A DNA stretch of 64,000 nt from Eledone cirrhosa (lineage: Eukaryota). A program made the translations under genes and the position numbers. The DNA is taken from positions 11,160,001 through 11,224,000 of the forward strand of contig OZ024764.1 of NCBI GenBank assembly GCA_964016885.1, in the 5' to 3' direction. Of the stretch, positions 26,131 to 38,300 are shown piece after piece. The notes beneath the pieces are model-generated. The model saw only the letters and a list, made by a program, of their open reading frames with translations, searched no databases and was not told where the DNA came from. Position 1 is the stretch's first letter; each line of letters opens with the position of its first letter.

Positions 26131-26317
26131 CAGGACCCCGACGGCTGAGCTCCGGCCGTTTCGACAGCTAGATCCGAACAGTTCGGATCTAGCTATCGAA
26201 ACGGCTGGAGCTCATCCGTCAGAGTCCTTACTCGTTCCTATTACCCACTCTACTACCCTAAATATCGAGTACTCTGCTGTGTTATGGTCCACCTGGTTTC
26301 TCACCACACCTTTGTTT
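26131..26317 (+). mobile_element. PLE-like family 2 remnant, fold-back centred on the presumed hammerhead stem II
   Basis: ggaccccgacggctgagctccggccgtttcgacagctagatccgaac-a-gttcggatctagctatcGAAAcggctggagctcatccgTCagagtcc. Confidence 0.7.
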
Positions 26318-26354
26318 ATATATATATATATATATATATCGGGATATCAATATA

Positions 26355-29300
26355 AAACTGACCTTGCCCACCTACACCTCTCTCGGACAATAACTGGATC
26401 GAGACCTTTGGCGCCATGCAGTTGTACAGAAGACTTGACTACCATTGCATACAAACCTACTGTCAGTAGGCACGTCTTAACTCAATGTACACCCTACCCC
26501 ACCCTCCCTCTCCCGTTCCATCCACTGTGTCAATGACACAACAGTCCACACTGTAAGGTGGCCATGTAGGAGACACAGTAAAAAGGCTCCCAGTCCACAC
26601 TGTAAGGTGGTCGTGTAGGAGACACAGTAAAAAGGCTCCCAGTCCACACTGTAAGGTGGTCATGTAGGAGACACAGTAAAAAGGCTCCCAGTCCACACTG
26701 TAAAGTGGCCATGTAGGAGACACGGTAAAAAGGCTCCCAGTCCACACTGTAAGGTGGTCATGTAGGAGACACAGTAAAAAGGCTCCCAGTCCACACTGTA
26801 AAGTGGTCATGTAGGAGACACAGTAAAAAGGCTCCCAGTCCACACTGTAAAGTGGTCATGTGGGAGACAAAGTAAAAAGGCTCCCAGTCCACACTGTAAG
26901 GAGGTCGTGTAGGAGACACAGTAAAAAGGCTCCCAGTCCACACTGTAAGGTGGTCGTGTAGGAGACACGGTAAAAAGGCTCCCAGTCCACACTGTAAGGT
27001 GGTCATGTAGGAGACACGGTAAAAAGGCTCCCAGTCCACACTGTAAGGTGGTCATGTAGGAGACACAGTAAAAAGGCTCCCAGTCCACACTGTAAGGTGG
27101 TCATGTAGGAGACACGGTAAAAAGGCTCCCAGTCCACACTGTAAAGTGGTCATGTAGGAGACAGTAAAAAGGCTCCCAGTCCACACTGTAAGGTGGTCAT
27201 GTAGGAGACACAGTAAAAAGGCTCCCAGTCCACACTGTAAAGTGGTCATGTAGGAGACACAGTAAAAAAGCTCCCAGTCCACACTGTAAGGTGGTCATGC
27301 AGGAGACAAAGTAAAAAGGCTCCCAGTCCACACTGTAAAGTGGTCATGTAGGAGACACAGTAAAAAGGCTCCCAGTCCACACTGTAAGGTGGTCATGTAG
27401 GAGACACAGTAAAAAGGCTCCCAGTCCACACTGTAAAGTGGTCATGTAGGAGACACGGTAAAAAGGCTCCCAGTCCACACTGTAAAGTGGCCATGTAGGA
27501 GACACAGTAAAAAGGCGCCCAGTCCACACTGTAAGGTGGTCATGTAGGAGACACAGTAAAAAGGCTCCCAGTCCACACTGAAAAGTGGTCATGTAGGAGA
27601 CACGGTAAAAAGGCTCCCAGTCCACACTGTAAAGTGGTCATGTAGGAGACACAGTAAAAAGGCTCCCAGGCCACACTGTAAGGTGGTCATGTAGGAGACA
27701 CAGTGAAAAGGCTCCCAGTCCACACTGTAAGGTGGTCATGTAGGAGACACAGTGAAAAGGCTCCCAGGCCACACTGTAAGGTGGTCATGTAGGAGACACA
27801 GTGAAAAGGCTCCCAGTCCACACTGTAAGGTGGTCATGTAAGAGACACAGTGAAAAGGCTCCCAGTCCACACTGTAAGGTGGTTGTGTAGGAGACACAGT
27901 GAAAAGGCTCCCAGTCCACACTGTAAGGTGGTCATGTAGGAGACACAGTGAAAAGGCTCCCAGACCACACTGTAAGGTGGTCATGTAGGAGACACAGTGA
28001 AAAGGCTCCCAGACCACACTGTAAGGTGGTCATGTAGGAGACACAGTAAAAAGGCTCCCAGTCCACACTGTAAGGTGGTCATGTAGGAGACACAGTGAAA
28101 AGGCTCCCAGACCACACTGTAAGGTGGTTGTGTAGGAGACACACTAAAAAAGCTCCCAGTCCACACTGTAAGGTGGTTGTGTAGGAGACACAGTAAAAAG
28201 GCTCCCAGTCCACACTGTAAGGTGGTCATGTAGGAGACATGGTAAAAAGGCTCCCAGTCCACACTGTAAGGTGGTCATGTAGGAGACATGGTAAAAAGGC
28301 TCCCAGTCCACACTGTAAGGTGGTCATGTAGGAGACACAGTAAAAAGGCTCCCAGTCCACACTGTAAAGTGGTCATGTAGGAGACATGGTAAAAAGGCTC
28401 CCAGTCCACACTGTAAAGTGGTCATGTAGGAGACACAGTAAAAAGGCTCCCAGTCCACACTGTAAGGTGGTCATGTAGGAGACACAGTAAAAAGGCTCCC
28501 AGTCCACACTGTAAAGTGGTCATGTAGGAGACACAGTAAAAAGGCTCCCAGTCCACACTGTAAAGTGGTCATGTAGGAGACACAGTAAAAAGGCTCCCAG
28601 TCCACACTGTAAGGTGGTCATGTAGGAGACACAGTGAAAAGGCTCCCAGACCACACTGTAAGGTGGTCATGTAGGAGACACAGTGAAAAGGCTCCCAGTC
28701 CACACTGTAAGGTGGTTGTGTAGGAGACACAGTGAAAAGGCTCCCAGTCCACACTGTAAGGTGGTCATGTAGGAGACACAGTAAAAAGGCTCCCAGTCCA
28801 CACTGCACTGTAAGGTGGTCATGTAGGAGACACAGTAAAAAGGCTCCCAGTCCACACTGTAAGGTGGTTGTGTAGGAGACACAGTAAAAAGGCTCCCAGT
28901 CCACACTGTAAGGTGGTCATGTAGGAGACATGGTAAAAAGGCTCCCAGTCCACACTGTAAGGTGGTCATGTAGGAGACATGGTAAAAAGGCTCCCAGTCC
29001 ACACTGTAAGGTGGTCATGTAGGAGACACAGTAAAAAGGCTCCCAGTCCACACTGTAAAGTGGTCATGTAGGAGACACAGTAAAAAGGCTCCCAGTCCAC
29101 ACTGTAAGGTGGTCATGTAGGAGACACAGTAAAAAGGCTCCCAGTCCACACTGTAAAGTGGTCATGTAGGAGACACAGTAAAAAGGCTCCCAGTCCACAC
29201 TGTAAGGTGGTCATGTAGGAGACACAGTGAAAAGGCTCCCAGTCCACACTGTAAAGTGGTCATGTAGGAGACACAGTAAAAAGGCTCCCAGTCCACACTG

Positions 29301-32300
29301 TAAGGTGGTCATGTAGGAGACACAGTAAAAAGGCTCCCAGTCCACACTGAAAAGTGGTCATGTAGGAGACACGGTAAAAAGGCTCCCAGTCCACACTGTA
29401 AAGTGGTCATGTAGGAGACAGTAAAAAGGCTCCCAGGCCACACTGTAAGGTGGTCATGTAGGAGACACAGTGAAAAGGCTCCCAGTCCACACTGTAAGGT
29501 GGTCATGTAGGAGACACAGTGAAAAGGCTCCCAGGCCACACTGTAAGGTGGTCATGTAGGAGACACAGTGAAAAGGCTCCCAGTCCACACTGTAAGGTGG
29601 TCATGTAAGAGACACAGTGAAAAGGCTCCCAGTCCACACTGTAAGGTGGTTGTGTAGGAGACACAGTGAAAAGGCTCCCAGTCCACACTGTAAGGTGGTC
29701 ATGTAGGAGACACAGTGAAAAGGCTCCCAGACCACACTGTAAGGTGGTCATGTAGGAGACACAGTGAAAAGGCTCCCAGACCACACTGTAAGGTGGTCAT
29801 GTAGGAGACACAGTAAAAAGGCTCCCAGTCCACACTGTAAGGTGGTCATGTAGGAGACACAGTGAAAAGGCTCCCAGACCACACTGTAAGGTGGTTGTGT
29901 AGGAGACACACTAAAAAAGCTCCCAGTCCACACTGTAAGGTGGTTGTGTAGGAGACACAGTAAAAAGGCTCCCAGTCCACACTGTAAGGTGGTCATGTAG
30001 GAGACATGGTAAAAAGGCTCCCAGTCCACACTGTAAGGTGGTCATGTAGGAGACATGGTAAAAAGGCTCCCAGTCCACACTGTAAGGTGGTCATGTAGGA
30101 GACACAGTAAAAAGGCTCCCAGTCCACACTGTAAAGTGGTCATGTAGGAGACATGGTAAAAAGGCTCCCAGTCCACACTGTAAAGTGGTCATGTAGGAGA
30201 CACAGTAAAAAGGCTCCCAGTCCACACTGTAAGGTGGTCATGTAGGAGACACAGTAAAAAGGCTCCCAGTCCACACTGTAAAGTGGTCATGTAGGAGACA
30301 CAGTAAAAAGGCTCCCAGTCCACACTGTAAAGTGTTCATGTAGGAGACACAGTAAAAAGGCTCCCAGTCCACATTGTAAGGTGGTCATGTAGGAGACACA
30401 GTGAAAAGGCTCCCAGACCACACTGTAAGGTGGTCATGTAGGAGACACAGTGAAAAGGCTCCCAGTCCACACTGTAAGGTGGTTGTGTAGGAGACACAGT
30501 GAAAAGGCTCCCAGTCCACACTGTAAGGTGGTCATGTAGGAGACACAGTAAAAAGGCTCCCAGTCCACACTGCACTGTAAGGTGGTCATGTAGGAGACAC
30601 AGTAAAAAGGCTCCCAGTCCACACTGTAAGGTGGTTGTGTAGCAGACACAGTAAAAAGGCTCCCAGTCCACACTGTAAGGTGGTCATGTAGGAGACATGG
30701 TAAAAAGGCTCCCAGTCCACACTGTAAGGTGGTCATGTAGGAGACATGGTAAAAAGGCTCCCAGTCCACACTGTAAGGTGGTCATGTAGGAGACACAGTA
30801 AAAAGGCTCCCAGTCCACACTGTAAAGTGGTCATGTAGGAGACACAGTAAAAAGGCTCCCAGTCCACACTGTAAGGTGGTCATGTAGGAGACACAGTAAA
30901 AAGGCTCCCAGTCCACACTGTAAAGTGGTCATGTAGGAGACACAGTAAAAAGGCTCCCAGTCCACACTGTAAGGTGGTCATGTAGGAGACACAGTGAAAA
31001 GGCTCCCAGTCCACACTGTAAAGTGGTCATGTAGGAGACACGGTAAAAAGGCTCCCAGTCCACACTGTAAAGTGGTCATGTAGGAGACACAGTAAAAAGG
31101 CTCCCAGTCCACACTGTAAAGTGGTCATGTAGGAGACACAGTAAAAAGGCTCCCAGTCCACACTGTAAGGTGGTCATGTAGGAGACACAGTGAAAAGGCT
31201 CCCAGACCACACTGTAAAGTGGTCATGTAGGAGACACAGTGAAAAGGCTCCCAGTCCACACTGTAAGGTGGTTGTGTAGGAGACAGTGAAAAGGCTCCCA
31301 GTCCACACTGTAAGGTGGTCATGTAGGAGACACAGTGAAAAGGCTCCCAGTCCACACTGTAAGGTGGTCATGTAGGAGACACGGTAAAAAGGCTCCCAGT
31401 CCACACTGTAAGGTGGTCATGTAGGAGACACGGTAAAAAGGCTCCCAGTCCACACTGTAAGGTGGTCATGTAGGAGACACAGTAAAAAGGCTCCCAGTCC
31501 ACACTGCACTGTAAGGTGGTCATGTAGGAGACACGGTAAAAAGGCTCCCAGTCCACACTGTAAGGTGGTCATGTAGGAGACACAGTAAAAAGGCTCCCAG
31601 TCCACACTGTAAAGTGGTCATGTAGGAGACACAGTAAAAAGGCTCCCAGTCCACACTGTAAGGTGGTCATGTAGGAGACACGGTAAAAAGGCTCCCAGTC
31701 CACACTGTAAAGTGGTCATGTAGGAGACACAGTAAAAAGGCTCCCAGTCCACACTGTAAAGTGGTCATGTAGGAGACACAGTAAAAAGGCTCCCAGTCCA
31801 CACTGTAAAGTGGTCATGTAGGAGACACAGTGAAAAGGCTCCCAGTCCACACTGTAAAGTGGTCATGTAGGAGACACAGTAAAAAGGCTTCCAGTTCACG
31901 CTGTAAAGTGGTCGTGTAGGAGACACAGTACAAAGGCTCCCAGTCCACACTGTAAAGTGGTCATGTAGGAGACACAGTAAAAAGGCTCCCAGTCCACACT
32001 GTAAAGTGGTCATGTAGGAGACACAGTAAAAAGGCTCCCAGTCCACACTGTAAGGTGGTCATGTAGGAGACACAGTAAAAAGGCTCCCAGTCCACACTGT
32101 AAAGTGGTCATGTAGGAGACACAGTAAAAAGGCTCCCAGTCCACACTGTAAGGTGGTCATGTAGGAGACACAGTAAAAAGGCTCCCAGTCCACACTGTAA
32201 AGTGGTCATGTAGGAGACACAGTAAAAAGGCTCCCAGTCCACACTGTAAAGTGGTAGTGTAGGAGACATGGTAAAAAGGCTCCCAGTACACACTGTAAAG

Positions 32301-35300
32301 TGGTCATGTAGGAGACACAGTAAAAAGGCTCCCAGTACACACTGTAAAGTGGTCATGTAGGAGACACAGTGAAAAGGCTCCCAGTCCACACTGTAAAGTG
32401 GTCATGTAGGAGACACAGTGAAAAGGCTCCCAGTCCACACTGTAAAGTTGTGGTGTAGGAGACACAGTAAAAAGGCTCCCAGTCCACACTGTAAAGTGGT
32501 CATGTAGGAGACACAGTAAAAAGGCTCCCAGTCCACACTGCACTGTAAGGTGGTCATGTAGGAGACACAGTAAAAAGGCTCCCAGTCCACACTGTAAGGT
32601 GGTTGTGTAGGAGACACAGTAAAAAGGCTCCCAGTCCACACTGTAAGGTGGTCATGTAGGAGACACAGTAAAAAGGCTCCCAGTCCACACTGTAAAGTGG
32701 TCATGTAGGAGACACAGTAAAAAGGCTCCCAGTCCACACTGTAAGGTGGTCATGTAGGAGACACAGTAAAAAGGCTCCCAGTCCACACTGTAAAGTGGTC
32801 ATGTAGGAGACACAGTAAAAAGGCTCCCAGTCCACACTGTAAGGTGGTCATGTAGGAGACACGGTAAAAAGGCTCCCAGTCCACACTGTAAAGTGGCCAT
32901 GTAGGAGACACAGTAAAAAGGCTCCCAGTCCACACTGTAAGGTGGTCATGTAGGAGACACAGTAAAAAGGCTCCCAGTCCACACTGTAAAGTGGTCATGT
33001 AGGAGACACAGTAAAAAGGCTCCCAGTCCACACTGTAAGGTGGTCATGTAGGAGACACAGTAAAAAGGCTCCCAGTCCACACTGTAAAGTGGTCATGTAG
33101 GAGACACAGTAAAAAGGCTCCCAGTCCACACTGTAAGGTGGTCATGTAGGAGACACAGTAAAAAGGCTCCCAGTCCACACTGTAAAGTGGTCATGTAGGA
33201 GACACAGTAAAAAGGCTCCCAGTCCACACTGTAAGGTGGTCATGTAGGAGACACAGTAAAAAGGCTCCCAGTCCACACTGTAAAGTGGTCATGTAGGAGA
33301 CACAGTAAAAAGGCTCCCAGTCCACACTGTAAGGTGGTCATGTAGGAGACACAGTGAAAAGGCTCCCAGTCCACACTGTAAAGTGGTCATGTAGGAGACA
33401 CAGTAAAAAGGCTCCCAGTCCACACTGTAAGGTGGTCATGTAGGAGACACAGTAAAAAGGCTCCCAGTCCACACTGAAAAGTGGTCATGTAGGAGACACG
33501 GTAAAAAGGCTCCCAGTCCACACTGTAAAGTGGTCATGTAGGAGACAGTAAAAAGGCTCCCAGGCCACACTGTAAGGTGGTCATGTAGGAGACACAGTGA
33601 AAAGGCTCCCAGTCCACACTGTAAGGTGGTCATGTAGGAGACACAGTGAAAAGGCTCCCAGGCCACACTGTAAGGTGGTCATGTAGGAGACACAGTGAAA
33701 AGGCTCCCAGTCCACACTGTAAGGTGGTCATGTAAGAGACACAGTGAAAAGGCTCCCAGTCCACACTGTAAGGTGGTTGTGTAGGAGACACAGTGAAAAG
33801 GCTCCCAGTCCACACTGTAAGGTGGTCATGTAGGAGACACAGTGAAAAGGCTCCCAGACCACACTGTAAGGTGGTCATGTAGGAGACACAGTGAAAAGGC
33901 TCCCAGACCACACTGTAAGGTGGTCATGTAGGAGACACAGTAAAAAGGCTCCCAGTCCACACTGTAAGGTGGTCATGTAGGAGACACAGTGAAAAGGCTC
34001 CCAGACCACACTGTAAGGTGGTTGTGTAGGAGACACACTAAAAAAGCTCCCAGTCCACACTGTAAGGTGGTTGTGTAGGAGACACAGTAAAAAGGCTCCC
34101 AGTCCACACTGTAAGGTGGTCATGTAGGAGACATGGTAAAAAGGCTCCCAGTCCACACTGTAAGGTGGTCATGTAGGAGACATGGTAAAAAGGCTCCCAG
34201 TCCACACTGTAAGGTGGTCATGTAGGAGACACAGTAAAAAGGCTCCCAGTCCACACTGTAAAGTGGTCATGTAGGAGACATGGTAAAAAGGCTCCCAGTC
34301 CACACTGTAAAGTGGTCATGTAGGAGACACAGTAAAAAGGCTCCCAGTCCACACTGTAAGGTGGTCATGTAGGAGACACAGTAAAAAGGCTCCCAGTCCA
34401 CACTGTAAAGTGGTCATGTAGGAGACACAGTAAAAAGGCTCCCAGTCCACACTGTAAAGTGGTCATGTAGGAGACACAGTAAAAAGGCTCCCAGTCCACA
34501 TTGTAAGGTGGTCATGTAGGAGACACAGTGAAAAGGCTCCCAGACCACACTGTAAGGTGGTCATGTAGGAGACACAGTGAAAAGGCTCCCAGTCCACACT
34601 GTAAGGTGGTTGTGTAGGAGACACAGTGAAAAGGCTCCCAGTCCACACTGTAAGGTGGTCATGTAGGAGACACAGTAAAAAGGCTCCCAGTCCACACTGC
34701 ACTGTAAGGTGGTCATGTAGGAGACACAGTAAAAAGGCTCCCAGTCCACACTGTAAGGTGGTTGTGTAGGAGACACAGTAAAAAGGCTCCCAGTCCACAC
34801 TGTAAGGTGGTCATGTAGGAGACATGGTAAAAAGGCTCCCAGTCCACACTGTAAGGTGGTCATGTAGGAGACATGGTAAAAAGGCTCCCAGTCCACACTG
34901 TAAGGTGGTCATGTAGGAGACACAGTAAAAAGGCTCCCAGTCCACACTGTAAAGTGGTCATGTAGGAGACACAGTAAAAAGGCTCCCAGTCCACACTGTA
35001 AGGTGGTCATGTAGGAGACACAGTAAAAAGGCTCCCAGTCCACACTGTAAAGTGGTCATGTAGGAGACACAGTAAAAAGGCTCCCAGTCCACACTGTAAG
35101 GTGGTCATGTAGGAGACACAGTGAAAAGGCTCCCAGTCCACACTGTAAAGTGGTCATGTAGGAGACACGGTAAAAAGGCTCCCAGTCCACACTGTAAAGT
35201 GGTCATGTAGGAGACACAGTAAAAAGGCTCCCAGTCCACACTGTAAAGTGGTCATGTAGGAGACACAGTAAAAAGGCTCCCAGTCCACACTGTAAGGTGG

Positions 35301-38300
35301 TCATGTAGGAGACACAGTGAAAAGGCTCCCAGACCACACTGTAAAGTGGTCATGTAGGAGACACAGTGAAAAGGCTCCCAGTCCACACTGTAAGGTGGTT
35401 GTGTAGGAGACAGTGAAAAGGCTCCCAGTCCACACTGTAAGGTGGTCATGTAGGAGACACAGTGAAAAGGCTCCCAGTCCACACTGTAAGGTGGTCATGT
35501 AGGAGACACGGTAAAAAGGCTCCCAGTCCACACTGTAAGGTGGTCATGTAGGAGACACGGTAAAAAGGCTCCCAGTCCACACTGTAAGGTGGTCATGTAG
35601 GAGACACAGTAAAAAGGCTCCCAGTCCACACTGCACTGTAAGGTGGTCATGTAGGAGACACGGTAAAAAGGCTCCCAGTCCACACTGTAAGGTGGTCATG
35701 TAGGAGACACAGTAAAAAGGCTCCCAGTCCACACTGTAAAGTGGTCATGTAGGAGACACAGTAAAAAGGCTCCCAGTCCACACTGTAAGGTGGTCATGTA
35801 GGAGACACGGTAAAAAGGCTCCCAGTCCACACTGTAAAGTGGTCATGTAGGAGACACAGTAAAAAGGCTCCCAGTCCACACTGTAAAGTGGTCATGTAGG
35901 AGACACAGTAAAAAGGCTCCCAGTCCACACTGTAAAGTGGTCATGTAGGAGACACAGTGAAAAGGCTCCCAGTCCACACTGTAAAGTGGTCATGTAGGAG
36001 ACACAGTAAAAAGGCTTCCAGTTCACGCTGTAAAGTGGTCGTGTAGGAGACACAGTACAAAGGCTCCCAGTCCACACTGTAAAGTGGTCATGTAGGAGAC
36101 ACAGTAAAAAGGCTCCCAGTCCACACTGTAAAGTGGTCATGTAGGAGACACAGTAAAAAGGCTCCCAGTCCACACTGTAAGGTGGTCATGTAGGAGACAC
36201 AGTAAAAAGGCTCCCAGTCCACACTGTAAAGTGGTCATGTAGGAGACACAGTAAAAAGGCTCCCAGTCCACACTGTAAGGTGGTCATGTAGGAGACACAG
36301 TAAAAAGGCTCCCAGTCCACACTGTAAAGTGGTCATGTAGGAGACACAGTAAAAAGGCTCCCAGTCCACACTGTAAAGTGGTAGTGTAGGAGACATGGTA
36401 AAAAGGCTCCCAGTACACACTGTAAAGTGGTCATGTAGGAGACACAGTAAAAAGGCTCCCAGTACACACTGTAAAGTGGTCATGTAGGAGACACAGTGAA
36501 AAGGCTCCCAGTCCACACTGTAAAGTGGTCATGTAGGAGACACAGTGAAAAGGCTCCCAGTCCACACTGTAAAGTTGTGGTGTAGGAGACACAGTAAAAA
36601 GGCTCCCAGTCCACACTGTAAAGTGGTCATGTAGGAGACACAGTAAAAAGGCTCCCAGTCCACACTGCACTGTAAGGTGGTCATGTAGGAGACACAGTAA
36701 AAAGGCTCCCAGTCCACACTGTAAGGTGGTTGTGTAGGAGACACAGTAAAAAGGCTCCCAGTCCACACTGTAAGGTGGTCATGTAGGAGACACAGTAAAA
36801 AGGCTCCCAGTCCACACTGTAAAGTGGTCATGTAGGAGACACAGTAAAAAGGCTCCCAGTCCACACTGTAAGGTGGTCATGTAGGAGACACAGTAAAAAG
36901 GCTCCCAGTCCACACTGTAAAGTGGTCATGTAGGAGACACAGTAAAAAGGCTCCCAGTCCACACTGTAAGGTGGTCATGTAGGAGACACGGTAAAAAGGC
37001 TCCCAGTCCACACTGTAAAGTGGCCATGTAGGAGACACAGTAAAAAGGCTCCCAGTCCACACTGTAAGGTGGTCATGTAGGAGACACAGTAAAAAGGCTC
37101 CCAGTCCACACTGTAAAGTGGTCATGTAGGAGACACAGTAAAAAGGCTCCCAGTCCACACTGTAAGGTGGTCATGTAGGAGACACAGTAAAAAGGCTCCC
37201 AGTCCACACTGTAAAGTGGTCATGTAGGAGACACAGTAAAAAGGCTCCCAGTCCACACTGTAAGGTGGTCATGTAGGAGACACAGTAAAAAGGCTCCCAG
37301 TCCACACTGTAAAGTGGTCATGTAGGAGACACAGTAAAAAGGCTCCCAGTCCACACTGTAAGGTGGTCATGTAGGAGACACAGTAAAAAGGCTCCCAGTC
37401 CACACTGTAAAGTGGTCATGTAGGAGACACAGTAAAAAGGCTCCCAGTCCACACTGTAAGGTGGTCATGTAGGAGACACAGTGAAAAGGCTCCCAGTCCA
37501 CACTGTAAAGTGGTCATGTAGGAGACACAGTAAAAAGGCTCCCAGTCCACACTGTAAGGTGGTCATGTAGGAGACACAGTAAAAAGGCTCCCAGTCCACA
37601 CTGAAAAGTGGTCATGTAGGAGACACGGTAAAAAGGCTCCCAGTCCACACTGTAAAGTGGTCATGTAGGAGACAGTAAAAAGGCTCCCAGGCCACACTGT
37701 AAGGTGGTCATGTAGGAGACACAGTGAAAAGGCTCCCAGTCCACACTGTAAGGTGGTCATGTAGGAGACACAGTGAAAAGGCTCCCAGGCCACACTGTAA
37801 GGTGGTCATGTAGGAGACACAGTGAAAAGGCTCCCAGTCCACACTGTAAGGTGGTCATGTAAGAGACACAGTGAAAAGGCTCCCAGTCCACACTGTAAGG
37901 TGGTTGTGTAGGAGACACAGTGAAAAGGCTCCCAGTCCACACTGTAAGGTGGTCATGTAGGAGACACAGTGAAAAGGCTCCCAGACCACACTGTAAGGTG
38001 GTCATGTAGGAGACACAGTGAAAAGGCTCCCAGACCACACTGTAAGGTGGTCATGTAGGAGACACAGTAAAAAGGCTCCCAGTCCACACTGTAAGGTGGT
38101 CATGTAGGAGACACAGTGAAAAGGCTCCCAGACCACACTGTAAGGTGGTTGTGTAGGAGACACACTAAAAAAGCTCCCAGTCCACACTGTAAGGTGGTTG
38201 TGTAGGAGACACAGTAAAAAGGCTCCCAGTCCACACTGTAAGGTGGTCATGTAGGAGACATGGTAAAAAGGCTCCCAGTCCACACTGTAAGGTGGTCATG

